A DNA stretch of 64,000 bases, taken from positions 1-64,000 of the forward strand of contig CAXXWC010000008.1 in assembly GCA_963668645.2 (NCBI GenBank), given 5' to 3'. The notes beneath the pieces are model-generated. The model saw only the letters and a list, made by a program, of their open reading frames with translations, was not told where the DNA came from and made no database searches. Numbering within the stretch: position 1 is the stretch's first letter; the number at the start of each line of letters is the position of its first letter. Origin of the DNA: Desulfobacterales bacterium. Lineage in GTDB: Bacteria; Desulfobacterota; Desulfobacteria; Desulfobacterales; UBA2174. Position numbers and translations under genes: made by a program. Of this stretch, positions 43,928-52,951 are shown piece after piece.

Positions 43928-45256
43928 TTATCTCCGGGGTTTGTAGAGCCTGGGGTCGATCTGGTACTTTTTGACCCGATGCCAGAGGCTGCGTTCCTTG
44001 ATATCAAGCTTTTGGGCCGCTCGGGCTTGAACCCCGTCGCACTGCTTGAGGGCGGCAATGATGATGTTTTTTTCGGCTTCGGCCAGCCACCGGTCCAGGT
44101 TATCCACAACGGGACCGGTATCCATCGCCGCCGCATCGGTGAGCGACGCGTCGTTCCGGTCCGGAACGATTTCCAGGTCGTGTGGATGGATCGTGTCCTG
44201 CCGGGAGGTCAAGCAGGCGCGTTCGATGATGTTGCGCAGTTCGCGCACATTACCGGGCCAGGAGTAGCCTTTCAGGGTTTCCAGCGCATCCGGAGCTATT
44301 TTTTGGGGCGTGGGACCCTTGTCGGCGAAACAGGCCGCCAGGATGGGAATATCCTCTTTGCGGGCGCGCAGGGGAGGGACGTCAAGCCGAAAAACATTGA
44401 TACGAAAATAGAGGTCTTCGCGAAAGCGGCCATCGGCCACCAGGGTTTCCAGGTTCTTGTTGGTGGCTGCGATGATGCGCAGGTCCACATGGCGGGTTTT
44501 GCCGCTGCCCAGGCGTTGAATCTCCTTTTCCTGCAAGACCCGCAGTAGCTTGGCCTGCAGGCTGGGCGGCATGTCTCCGATTTCGTCGAGAAACACGGTG
44601 CCCTTATCCGCCGTTTCGAATTTACCGGCCCGGGCACTGACCGCCCCGGTAAAGGCCCCCTTTTCGTGGCCGAACAGCTCGCTTTCCAGCAGACCCTCGG
44701 GAATCGCGGCGCAGTTGACTTTGACAAAAGGTTTATCCGCCCGGGGGCTGTGCTCCACCACCGCCTTGGCCACCAGCTCCTTGCCCGTGCCCGATTCTCC
44801 GGTGATCAGCACCGTGGCATCCGAAGGGGCGACCCTGAGGATGCGGCTCATCAGCCCCCGCATGACCAGGCTCTGGCCCAGAATTTCCGGAAACAGCTTC
44901 GATGCCTCCGCGTTGTCGATCATATCGGTGATTTTTTCCAGGATCCGTTCGTAGTGGTGGAGATCGCTGGCCGCCGGATCGGGTTGATCTTCAAACAGGT
45001 CTGAAGGTATAGCCGGATTTTTCCGGGCCTTTGCGACGAAGCGCTCCAGCGGGCCGATGATCCAACGCACCAGCAGGTAGGATGCGACCAGTGAGGCCAG
45101 GGAAAATGTCAGGATCATCAATCCATAGCCGACCCCTGACACCTTGCGGGTGGAAACACCCAAGAAGATGGACAGGATCAGCATGGAAAGGGCGTTGAAT
45201 CCGGCCAGAATAAAGGGGACCAAGTGTTTGGTGGGGATTTGGACCTTGCGTGGCAT
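43928..45256 (-). CDS. Sigma54-dependent activator (bEBP) with two N-terminal TM helices
   Basis: GESGTGKE, GAFTGA, FLDEIG, WPGNVREL and a Fis-type HTH; no receiver domain. Confidence 0.92.
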   Translation of the reverse strand: MPRKVQIPTKHLVPFILAGFNALSMLILSIFLGVSTRKVSGVGYGLMILTFSLASLVASYLLVRWIIGPLERFVAKARKNPAIPSDLFEDQPDPAASDLHHYERILEKITDMIDNAEASKLFPEILGQSLVMRGLMSRILRVAPSDATVLITGESGTGKELVAKAVVEHSPRADKPFVKVNCAAIPEGLLESELFGHEKGAFTGAVSARAGKFETADKGTVFLDEIGDMPPSLQAKLLRVLQEKEIQRLGSGKTRHVDLRIIAATNKNLETLVADGRFREDLYFRINVFRLDVPPLRARKEDIPILAACFADKGPTPQKIAPDALETLKGYSWPGNVRELRNIIERACLTSRQDTIHPHDLEIVPDRNDASLTDAAAMDTGPVVDNLDRWLAEAEKNIIIAALKQCDGVQARAAQKLDIKERSLWHRVKKYQIDPRLYKPRR

Positions 45257-45302
45257 TTGATTATTGGCGGACTATGCGAAATAGTATCAAAAACAATTCC
45301 GG

Positions 45303-46520
45303 TCAGTGCACGGTCTTGACCAGATCCCACATGGGCAGAAAGATCGACAGCGCGAAAAAGCCCACCACCGCCGCCAGAGCGACGATCAGCACCGGACCGA
45401 TGGTCTCGGACATACGGCTCACCGAATAACTGACTTCATCGTCATAATGCACCGAGACTTCATTGAGCATCTGGTCCAGGTTGCCCGATTCCTCGCCGAT
45501 GGCCACCATATTGATCACCATGGGTGTGAAAAATTTGGCCGACTTCAGGGGGGCTGAGATGCCGCGGCCCTCCTTGAGCTGTTCCTGAATTCGATTAAAT
45601 TCACGGGCGATGACCGAGTTGCCGATCACTCCGGAAAGAATCGAAAAAGCGTTCAGCACCGATACGCCGCTGGCCTGGAGGATGGAAAAGATGCTGGCGA
45701 AGCGCGACATGGCGCCCTTCTGGAAGACGGTGCCCAGCACGGGCATCTTCAGGAGTAGATAATCCAGGTTGTAGCGGCCGGACTCGGTTTTGATATAGAA
45801 CCGCAAGGCGACAATCGTGACGATGAAGATGCTCAGGCTGATCGGCCAGTAGACGATCAGCCAGTTGTAGAGCATGATGTTGATACGGGTGGGCAGCGGC
45901 AGATCGATTCGGGCGTTTTCAAAAATGCGCACAAACCGTGGAATCACAAAGGTCAGCAGAAAGAAAAAGGCACCCGTCAAGGCGACCAGGACCAAAACGG
46001 GGTATTGCAGGGCGCTTTTGATGTCGGATCGGATCTTGTGTTCGTGCTGCAACAGATAAATCAACCGTTCGAGCACCTCCACCAGATGGCCGCTGCTCTC
46101 TCCGGCCTGAATCATACTGCAATACAAGGGAGAAAAGATTTTGGGATGTTTTTTGAATGTGTCCGTCAGGGAAGCACCGGCCCGGATATCCTGTCCCATT
46201 GTGGCAGCCGCATTCTTGAGCCTCAGGTTTTCGGTCTGCTGTTCGAGGACTTCCAGCAGCTCGATCATGTTGATCCCGGCTTTGAAAAGTGTACGAAATT
46301 GTTTGGTGAAAATGATCAGATCCGGTGTTTTGACCCGGGCGAGCCATAGATTCAGCCGTTGGCTCAACCCCTGGCCGGCGCCCGCCGAGCCGGCCCGGAC
46401 ACTGGAGGGGATGAACCCCTGGGAGACCAGGATGTTCTGGGCCGCTTCAAGGCTGTCGGCCCGGACAACTCCGGCGACTTCGGTTCCCGCAGGGCTGATA
46501 GCTTTATAAGTGTATTGCAT
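45303..46520 (-). CDS. pilC: T4P/T2SS platform protein (PilC/GspF family)
   Basis: AGESSG, ALQYP, LPLPT and IGEESGNL motifs. Confidence 0.9.
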   Translation of the reverse strand: MQYTYKAISPAGTEVAGVVRADSLEAAQNILVSQGFIPSSVRAGSAGAGQGLSQRLNLWLARVKTPDLIIFTKQFRTLFKAGINMIELLEVLEQQTENLRLKNAAATMGQDIRAGASLTDTFKKHPKIFSPLYCSMIQAGESSGHLVEVLERLIYLLQHEHKIRSDIKSALQYPVLVLVALTGAFFFLLTFVIPRFVRIFENARIDLPLPTRINIMLYNWLIVYWPISLSIFIVTIVALRFYIKTESGRYNLDYLLLKMPVLGTVFQKGAMSRFASIFSILQASGVSVLNAFSILSGVIGNSVIAREFNRIQEQLKEGRGISAPLKSAKFFTPMVINMVAIGEESGNLDQMLNEVSVHYDDEVSYSVSRMSETIGPVLIVALAAVVGFFALSIFLPMWDLVKTVH

Positions 46521-46675
46521 AACGCGGCTCTTTGCTGGGAGGTTAGGCTTTGCTGGACATTGTAATCGATAGTAATTTCGTTGATGCGCCTTTCCGCTCA
46601 GGCACATCATGAAAACGGATCAAGTGTTGACGAGGTGAAGTTGCCTTCCTCGTTTTGCGGATGCTTTCGGCAAGG

Positions 46676-48385
46676 TCATGTCATCACCACCGACAGGGCC
46701 TCTTCCACCGTTGTCAGGCCCCGGCAGACCTTATCGGCCGCGTCGTTGCGCAGCAAACGCAGCTTGGCGGCATTGATGGCCGCCCGTGTGATTTCACCGG
46801 TGGCGGTTTTGCGGGTGATCATGTCCTGAATCTGTTCGTCGATCTTGAGAATTTCGAAGACCGCAGTGCGGCCCTTATACCCCGAATTCATGCACGCGGC
46901 ACAGCCTTTACCCTTGAGAAAGGTGCAGTCCGAGGACGGCTTCAGTCCAAGGGCCTGAAGGCTCTCCGGCGGAGGGGCATACGGTTCGGCGCAGCGGGTG
47001 CAGATTTTGCGTACCAGCCGCTGGCCGAATGAAACCAACAGCACCGACGCCACCAGGAAAGGCTCGATGCCCATGTCGATCAACCTTGTGATGGCGCCGG
47101 CCGCGTCGTTAGTGTGCACCGTGGAAAGCACCCTGTGGCCGGTAAGGGCCGATTGGACGGCGATCATGGCCGTTTCCGCATCCCGGATTTCGCCGACCAT
47201 GATGACATCCGGGTCCTGGCGCAGAATGGAGCGCAGCCCGGAGGCGAAGGTCATTCCGGCGCGGCGGTTGAGCTGGACCTGACGGATCCCCTCCACCCGG
47301 TATTCCACCGGATCTTCCAGGGTAATGATATTGACGTCCGGGGCGTTGATCTGCTGCAAGATGGCGTAGAGGCTGGTGCTCTTGCCGCTGCCGGTGGGGC
47401 CGGTGGACAGGATCATTCCGTACGGCTTGTGAATCACCGATTGGATCTTGGCCAGGTCGTCCGGGTGCATTCCCAGTTGATCCAGGCTGTAGATCGCGCT
47501 GCTCATGTCCAAGAGCCGCAGCACCACGTTTTCTCCGTGGATGGTGGGCATGCACGAGGCCCGCACATTGATTTCACGCTTGTTCATCACCACCGTAAAG
47601 CGTCCGTCCTGCGGCACCCGGGTCACCGAAATGTCCATGTTGGCCAGGATCTTGATCCTGGACGTGAGGGCCGCAAGGAGTTTTTTGGGCGGGGTAGTTA
47701 CCTCGCGCAATTTTCCGTCGATGCGAAACCGGGTCTGTACGTCATCTTTTTGCGGGCTGATATGAATATCGCTGGCCTTTTCGTTCACCGCCTGGGCGAT
47801 GATGGAGTTGACCAGTTTGATCACCGGTGCCTGATCAGCCTGGGACTCGAGATCACTGACATTGACATCCGTGTCGGTGGTCTCTTGGCGGCCCTGGCTG
47901 ACTTCGATGGCGGTCATTTCCTCGACGCTTTCCATGACATTATCGAGGCCTTTGTACAGGCCGTAAAGCGCCGTGAAGGTTTGGTCATATTCGGCCTCGG
48001 TGCTCACCACCGGTTCGACTTCCATGTTCGTGTAGACTTCAAGCGCATCCAGGGCGTCGATGTTCAAAGGATCGCTGGTGGCCACATAGAGCAACTTGCC
48101 TTTGCGCTCCAGCGGCACGGCGCCGTATTTACGTGCCGTTTCCGCCGGAATGAGGCGTTCCAGATCCAGGTCCAGGGGGTATCGGGCGGTATCGAATCGG
48201 GTAATCCGCAACTGGCGGCTGAGAAGCTGGACGATTTCCTCTTCGGAGCAAACATTGCTCCAGACCAGGAACTGGCCCAGCTTCATGTCGTTTTTCTTGT
48301 GCTCCACCAGCGCTGTCTGCAGTTGCTCAGGGCTGATCAGGCCCTGGTCCACCAGCATCTCTCCGAGTCGAATCTTTTTTCTCAA
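46676..48385 (-). CDS. pilB: Assembly ATPase (PilB/GspE family) with MshEN N-domain
   Basis: RLGEMLVDQGLI, ASDIH, PQDGR, GPTGSGKST, LRQDPD and a tetracysteine motif; probable TTG start after AGGAG. Confidence 0.9.
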   Translation of the reverse strand: MRKKIRLGEMLVDQGLISPEQLQTALVEHKKNDMKLGQFLVWSNVCSEEEIVQLLSRQLRITRFDTARYPLDLDLERLIPAETARKYGAVPLERKGKLLYVATSDPLNIDALDALEVYTNMEVEPVVSTEAEYDQTFTALYGLYKGLDNVMESVEEMTAIEVSQGRQETTDTDVNVSDLESQADQAPVIKLVNSIIAQAVNEKASDIHISPQKDDVQTRFRIDGKLREVTTPPKKLLAALTSRIKILANMDISVTRVPQDGRFTVVMNKREINVRASCMPTIHGENVVLRLLDMSSAIYSLDQLGMHPDDLAKIQSVIHKPYGMILSTGPTGSGKSTSLYAILQQINAPDVNIITLEDPVEYRVEGIRQVQLNRRAGMTFASGLRSILRQDPDVIMVGEIRDAETAMIAVQSALTGHRVLSTVHTNDAAGAITRLIDMGIEPFLVASVLLVSFGQRLVRKICTRCAEPYAPPPESLQALGLKPSSDCTFLKGKGCAACMNSGYKGRTAVFEILKIDEQIQDMITRKTATGEITRAAINAAKLRLLRNDAADKVCRGLTTVEEALSVVMT

Positions 48386-48434
48386 GGACTTTTTCCTCTC
48401 CTGGGTTTCCCGTTTACACGGTCGAAAACCGCTT

Positions 48435-50111
48435 TTATCGATCTGCAATCCGCTGGTTTATCCGTTTTTGAGACCCGAGATCAGTCACCCTGGCCGAAGC
48501 GGCCAGTCCGGCGGGAAGCGCGGCCAGCCGATCGTCGGCCGAGCGTTTCTCCCTGAAGGCGGAATTGAGCACCACGAGATATTCGAATCCTTCCGGCGTT
48601 GTGTGGAGCGCCAAAACCCGCAATGGGCCCCCCGTTTCATCCCGGGCTGCGTCGTAGGCCTCGTCAAAACGGGAAAAACGGCCGAGTTCAATCCAGTAGC
48701 GGCCGTTTTTCGAACCCGGTTCGATGTCGATGGCCGGAAAATCGATCCGCTGGCCGTGGAGGACCTTGTTCGGGTCGTGAATGGTCGGGTTCTGTCGCAC
48801 CACGCGTGCGAGCAATTGCGAATTGCAGGTGCCGTAGGTCCTTCGAATCATACTCCAAAGCGTTTCGTCCCGCTGGACGCGGACCGAACCCAAGCTGAGC
48901 GGTTTGGCCGAATCCGGATCGGCCTCGCCCGCCGTCGGCACCGGCTCTGGTTCGACTATCGGTGCAGGAGGCTTTTCCTCGTGCCGGGCGCTGTCCAGCG
49001 GGGCCTGCACCTCGGGTGGGGCAGCGGTGTTTTGGGGCGCTTCGGGTGTTTGCAGAGGGGCTGCGGCGGCCCTGGCTTGGATCTCGAACGCTTTAATCAG
49101 CGGTTTGGCCCTGGGGGCCGGGTGGTCCGTTTCAGCTTTTGTGATGGCCGCTTGAATGACGCCATTCGGTTGAGGGATATGATTTCGCCAGTAAGGGAAA
49201 AGCAGCCAGAGACCGGCCGCCGCCACTGCCAGTGTGCCCAGCGCCCAAGGCAGGCGGCCGAACCCCGCTGAGCGGTTCAGTGACGGAAGCGGATGCCCGG
49301 CCCTGCGTACGCTGGCCGGTGTGACCTTGGAGGTGCCGACGATGATCAAGGTAAGCAGGATATTGTGGCACAGGTTGATTATCTTGCGCGGGTAGCCGCC
49401 GGTCAACTTATGGATCAGCGACAGGGCGCGGCGGGTGAAATGCACCCGGGGCTTTTGTGGGTCGTTTGCGCCGGATCGTTCCAGACGGTAATCGATGAAA
49501 AGCGCCGTATCTTTGCGCGATAGGGGTAAAAGCCGGTGAAACAATCCGACCCTGTCTGCAAAATTGGGGTGTTCGGCCAGGAGCCGGTCGATTTCGTTCT
49601 GGCCGAAGATAACGATCTGCAGCAGTTTTTGATCGTTGGTCTCGTAATTGAGCAGTTCCCTGAAGATTTCCACTCCTGCCGCGGATAGTTTTTGTCCTTC
49701 ATCCACCAGCAGGACGATGGTTTTTTCGGCGCCGACCCCATTGCGGAAGAGGTAATCCTTGATCATCTCCTTGTGACCCGCGGCCGTGCTGCATTTTTCG
49801 GCCTGCTGGCGGCCGTTGAACATGGCATTGAGCACCGCGAGAATTTCATCGGCGCTTTCGAAGGAGGGGTCCAGGATCATATGGATTTCAATGGACCCTT
49901 CATTTGCCATGGTGCGGATCAGGTGCCGGCAGATGGTGGTCTTGCCGGTGCCGACTTCCCCGGCCACCACGCACAAGCCGCGGTGCAGCCGAATCGCAAT
50001 CTCCAGTTCCTGAAGGCACTTGGCATGTCCGGTGGAACGGAAGAAGAGCCCCGGATCAGGCGTGTTGGAAAAAGGTTCGCGGTCTAAATTGAGTAGTTTG
50101 TAGTACTCCAT
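48435..50111 (-). CDS. ExeA/MshM-like AAA ATPase with TM and periplasmic LysM-like domain
   Basis: EPFSNTPDP, GEVGTGKTT, VDEGQ, GYPRKIN, one TM and VQRDETLWSMIRRTYG...NP. Confidence 0.85.
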   Translation of the reverse strand: MEYYKLLNLDREPFSNTPDPGLFFRSTGHAKCLQELEIAIRLHRGLCVVAGEVGTGKTTICRHLIRTMANEGSIEIHMILDPSFESADEILAVLNAMFNGRQQAEKCSTAAGHKEMIKDYLFRNGVGAEKTIVLLVDEGQKLSAAGVEIFRELLNYETNDQKLLQIVIFGQNEIDRLLAEHPNFADRVGLFHRLLPLSRKDTALFIDYRLERSGANDPQKPRVHFTRRALSLIHKLTGGYPRKIINLCHNILLTLIIVGTSKVTPASVRRAGHPLPSLNRSAGFGRLPWALGTLAVAAAGLWLLFPYWRNHIPQPNGVIQAAITKAETDHPAPRAKPLIKAFEIQARAAAAPLQTPEAPQNTAAPPEVQAPLDSARHEEKPPAPIVEPEPVPTAGEADPDSAKPLSLGSVRVQRDETLWSMIRRTYGTCNSQLLARVVRQNPTIHDPNKVLHGQRIDFPAIDIEPGSKNGRYWIELGRFSRFDEAYDAARDETGGPLRVLALHTTPEGFEYLVVLNSAFREKRSADDRLAALPAGLAASARVTDLGSQKRINQRIADR

Positions 50112-50257
50112 GGCGTTACGGTGCTTAAGGTTTTATGCCGCATGGCGCTGTTGCGGGTGGTGTTGCCAACACATTTTTCGAGCTTGCATCATTCCTCCCG
50201 TTGTCGCGATTGCCCATTTCTTCCTGCGGGGCCTCGATCACCTCTTGCCGATACTTC

Positions 50258-51799
50258 TCAGGACGGTGGACGAAAGGGCAGAATATGCGGGGTGATGAAG
50301 ATCAGCACTTCTTCCATGCTTTTTCCCTTGGAATCGCTCCGGAAAAGATGTCCGAGGCCGGGCAAGTCCTTCAGCGCTGGTACCCCATTTTGCTCTATGG
50401 TGGTGCGCTCCTTGGACAAACCGGAGATCACGATGGTCTCCTCGTTGGCCACCACCAGGTTGGTTTCGGTCTGTTTCTTGATGATGAAGGGGTTTCCCTG
50501 CACCGTACGGCTCGTATCCACTTCGTCCTTCTTGACCTTGATGGCCAGCTTGAGTTGATCCTGGTCGATGATGTTGGGGGTGATTTCCAGTCGCAGCACC
50601 GCGTCTTCCCATTCCACATCCATGGTGCCGTCTTGGTCGATGCTGGCGAAAGGCACCCTTTCTCCGTTTTCCGTAAAAGCCATCTGGTTGTCCATGGTGG
50701 TGATGGAAGGTGAGGAGAGGATGTTGAGCTTGCCTTCGGTTTGCAGGGCCGAGAGCTGAAATTCCAGGATGTTGCCGTCGACGAGCCCGTACATCAGGCT
50801 CAGGGACGTGCCGCCGTCTGACACGTCCACCGGGAAATTGACCACCGAGCCCAGGGGGCTGGTGATTCCCCATGGATCGCGGTCCGTGCGGTCACTGGAA
50901 ATGGTGGCCCCATCGCCCGGCGAGACATAGAGCCGATCGTTGCCGCTTATGAGACTGGATCGGTACCGGCCGCCCCACTGGACCCCCAGGGCCCGGGCCG
51001 TCTCCTTGGTGGTCTCCACGATGTGGGCCTTGAGCAGCACTTGGGCTCTGGGCTGGTCGAGTTTTTGGATCAGCTTGAGCATCCGTTGGGTATCACTGGC
51101 GATGGCTTGAATGATCAGGGCGTTGTTGTGCTTGTCCACCGATACCGATCCGCGGGCTTCGCCTTTTTCATTTTTGGTCAGGAATTTTTCCATGTTTTCC
51201 CGGAGCCCCTCGGCCGCAGCGTAGCGCACCCGGATCATGGCGGTCTGCAACGGCTCCAGCTTGCGGGCTTCGGTGGAGGCGGCCAGCCTTTCGTTTTGCA
51301 CCTTGTCGATTTCAATGTCCCTGCGCATATCATCGACGCTCATGACCCGGATGACATCCCCCACCCATGTGTAACTCAAGCCCTGGGCGCGGGTGATGCT
51401 CAAAAAGGCCTGATCCCAGGGGGTGTTTTGAATATTGACGTTGATGGTGCCTTTGATGCTGTTGCTCATCACAATGCTCTTGCCGGCGGCCCTGGCCAGG
51501 ACCCGCATGACCACACTGATATCGACATCGTGGAACTTCAAACTGACCGGGGTCTCGGGAAGGGGGCGGGCCTGCTCGGTCTCCTTCGTTTTAACATCCT
51601 CCTCCAAGCTGGTGAAGATGTCTGTGACCTCGAGCAGGTCTTCCTCGGGTGGCGGTGAGTAACCTTTGGAAGTCTCGGCCGTTTCACGCCACTTTTCGAA
51701 AAAATCATCCTGTTGCACAGCCTGCTGCGGTTTCTGAGCACATCCGGCCGAAAAGAGCGCCGCGATCAGGATGGAAACCAGTATCAATGATTTTTTCAT
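50258..51799 (-). CDS. pilQ: Secretin (PilQ-like), lipoprotein
   Basis: Lipobox SAGC, PWDQAF, QVLLKAHIVE, GVPALKDLPGLGHLF and LIFITPHI. Confidence 0.9.
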   Translation of the reverse strand: MKKSLILVSILIAALFSAGCAQKPQQAVQQDDFFEKWRETAETSKGYSPPPEEDLLEVTDIFTSLEEDVKTKETEQARPLPETPVSLKFHDVDISVVMRVLARAAGKSIVMSNSIKGTINVNIQNTPWDQAFLSITRAQGLSYTWVGDVIRVMSVDDMRRDIEIDKVQNERLAASTEARKLEPLQTAMIRVRYAAAEGLRENMEKFLTKNEKGEARGSVSVDKHNNALIIQAIASDTQRMLKLIQKLDQPRAQVLLKAHIVETTKETARALGVQWGGRYRSSLISGNDRLYVSPGDGATISSDRTDRDPWGITSPLGSVVNFPVDVSDGGTSLSLMYGLVDGNILEFQLSALQTEGKLNILSSPSITTMDNQMAFTENGERVPFASIDQDGTMDVEWEDAVLRLEITPNIIDQDQLKLAIKVKKDEVDTSRTVQGNPFIIKKQTETNLVVANEETIVISGLSKERTTIEQNGVPALKDLPGLGHLFRSDSKGKSMEEVLIFITPHILPFRPPS

Positions 51800-51805
51800 C
51801 GGTGC

Positions 51806-52318
51806 CTACTCCTCGATAAAGGCATCCTGGTAGGGGATGATGATTTGCTGCTTGTTGCGATCCGATTGCAGGGTCACGCTGGCCGGGGTGATGTTCAAGA
51901 CCCGATAATCGCTGTCCGGCAGTACTTCGCTGATCTGGTATTCTATCCCGTTGATAACAGCGATGCGGGTGCGGCCCATTTCCAGGTAGCCCGAATAGAC
52001 GGTTGTGGCCTTGAACTTTTCCAGCATTGGGTCTGTTTCGCTTCTGATCGCTCCGGTATTGCGCGGGGCCGGCCAGGTATAAAAAGGGCTGCCGGTCCAT
52101 TCGGCCGCCGCGGTTAGCAGGGTATGCTTTTCGCCCGGCCCCAGATCCGCTTTGGCCAGCGATTTAGAGACGGCAGTGGAAAGATTCACCGCTTCATCCA
52201 CGCGCACCGGCGGGGGGCCTGGCGGCGTTTTGAGGAAAGGGTGCAGGAAGATCTCAACGGCGCCAAACCCAATCGCGATGACCATCAAGGCAATGAGCAC
52301 TTTTTCTCTTTTTTCCAT
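51806..52318 (-). CDS. PilP/GspC-like protein
   Basis: N-terminal TM, SPF motif, AVING beta domain and position between PilO-like and secretin genes. Confidence 0.6.
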   Translation of the reverse strand: MEKREKVLIALMVIAIGFGAVEIFLHPFLKTPPGPPPVRVDEAVNLSTAVSKSLAKADLGPGEKHTLLTAAAEWTGSPFYTWPAPRNTGAIRSETDPMLEKFKATTVYSGYLEMGRTRIAVINGIEYQISEVLPDSDYRVLNITPASVTLQSDRNKQQIIIPYQDAFIEE

Positions 52319-52405
52319 GGGATCTTGCCGTAATTTTTTTTCAGCCTAGCGGCCGGTCGCGGATGCATTTATGCCATTGCCGGCCGTGGACACCGGCGCT
52401 GTTCT

Positions 52406-52951
52406 TTAACCTTGTCCCAGTACCAGCCAGGCCCGGATCTTGTACTGTGGTGCCTGGGGCTGGCTTTCGATTTCCAGCAACTCCAGATGGTCGAAGCTGG
52501 GCCAAGCCGAGAGGGTCAGCAAGAAATCGCGAAGATGATGATATGCTCCGCGCAACTGTCCTTCTACTAGCAGGCGGGTGGCGTCTTTGGTCACCGAGGC
52601 CGGAACCGGAACAAAATAAGATTCCTCCAGCCCGGCCGCAGCGGCCATGGATAACAGGGCCGCGGCCGCATTGTCTACCCGCAAAGGCCCTTTGTAAGGG
52701 GCCAGGCCTTGAATGACGATTTCCAGCTCGTTTTTCCGGTTGAGCTTCTGGTTGAGGCTGGCGTATAGGGGCGTGAAGATTTTCTGCTCCTCCAGCTTGG
52801 CCTCCATATTAGTCGTCTTGGCTTTGAGGTGATCGGTCTCGGTTCTGGCAGGCAAAATCCCCACCCCGACAATCAAAGCCAGCAGGATCAGGCCGATGCC
52901 GATAAAAAGGACGCTTCCCCTTGAGAATCTTGCCTGGTCAAGTCCGTTCAT
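52406..52951 (-). CDS. PilO/GspM-like protein
   Basis: TM, coiled coil and GAYHHLRDFL motif. Confidence 0.65.
   Translation of the reverse strand: MNGLDQARFSRGSVLFIGIGLILLALIVGVGILPARTETDHLKAKTTNMEAKLEEQKIFTPLYASLNQKLNRKNELEIVIQGLAPYKGPLRVDNAAAALLSMAAAAGLEESYFVPVPASVTKDATRLLVEGQLRGAYHHLRDFLLTLSAWPSFDHLELLEIESQPQAPQYKIRAWLVLGQG

Noticed and set aside
46600..46680. GAAA, CGCAAAAC and a GCAA-loop hairpin between pilB and pilC suggesting a c-di-GMP-I riboswitch
   Set aside because: Lacks the GGCAAA/P1 elements and a proper P2; a Rfam scan would be needed to revive it.
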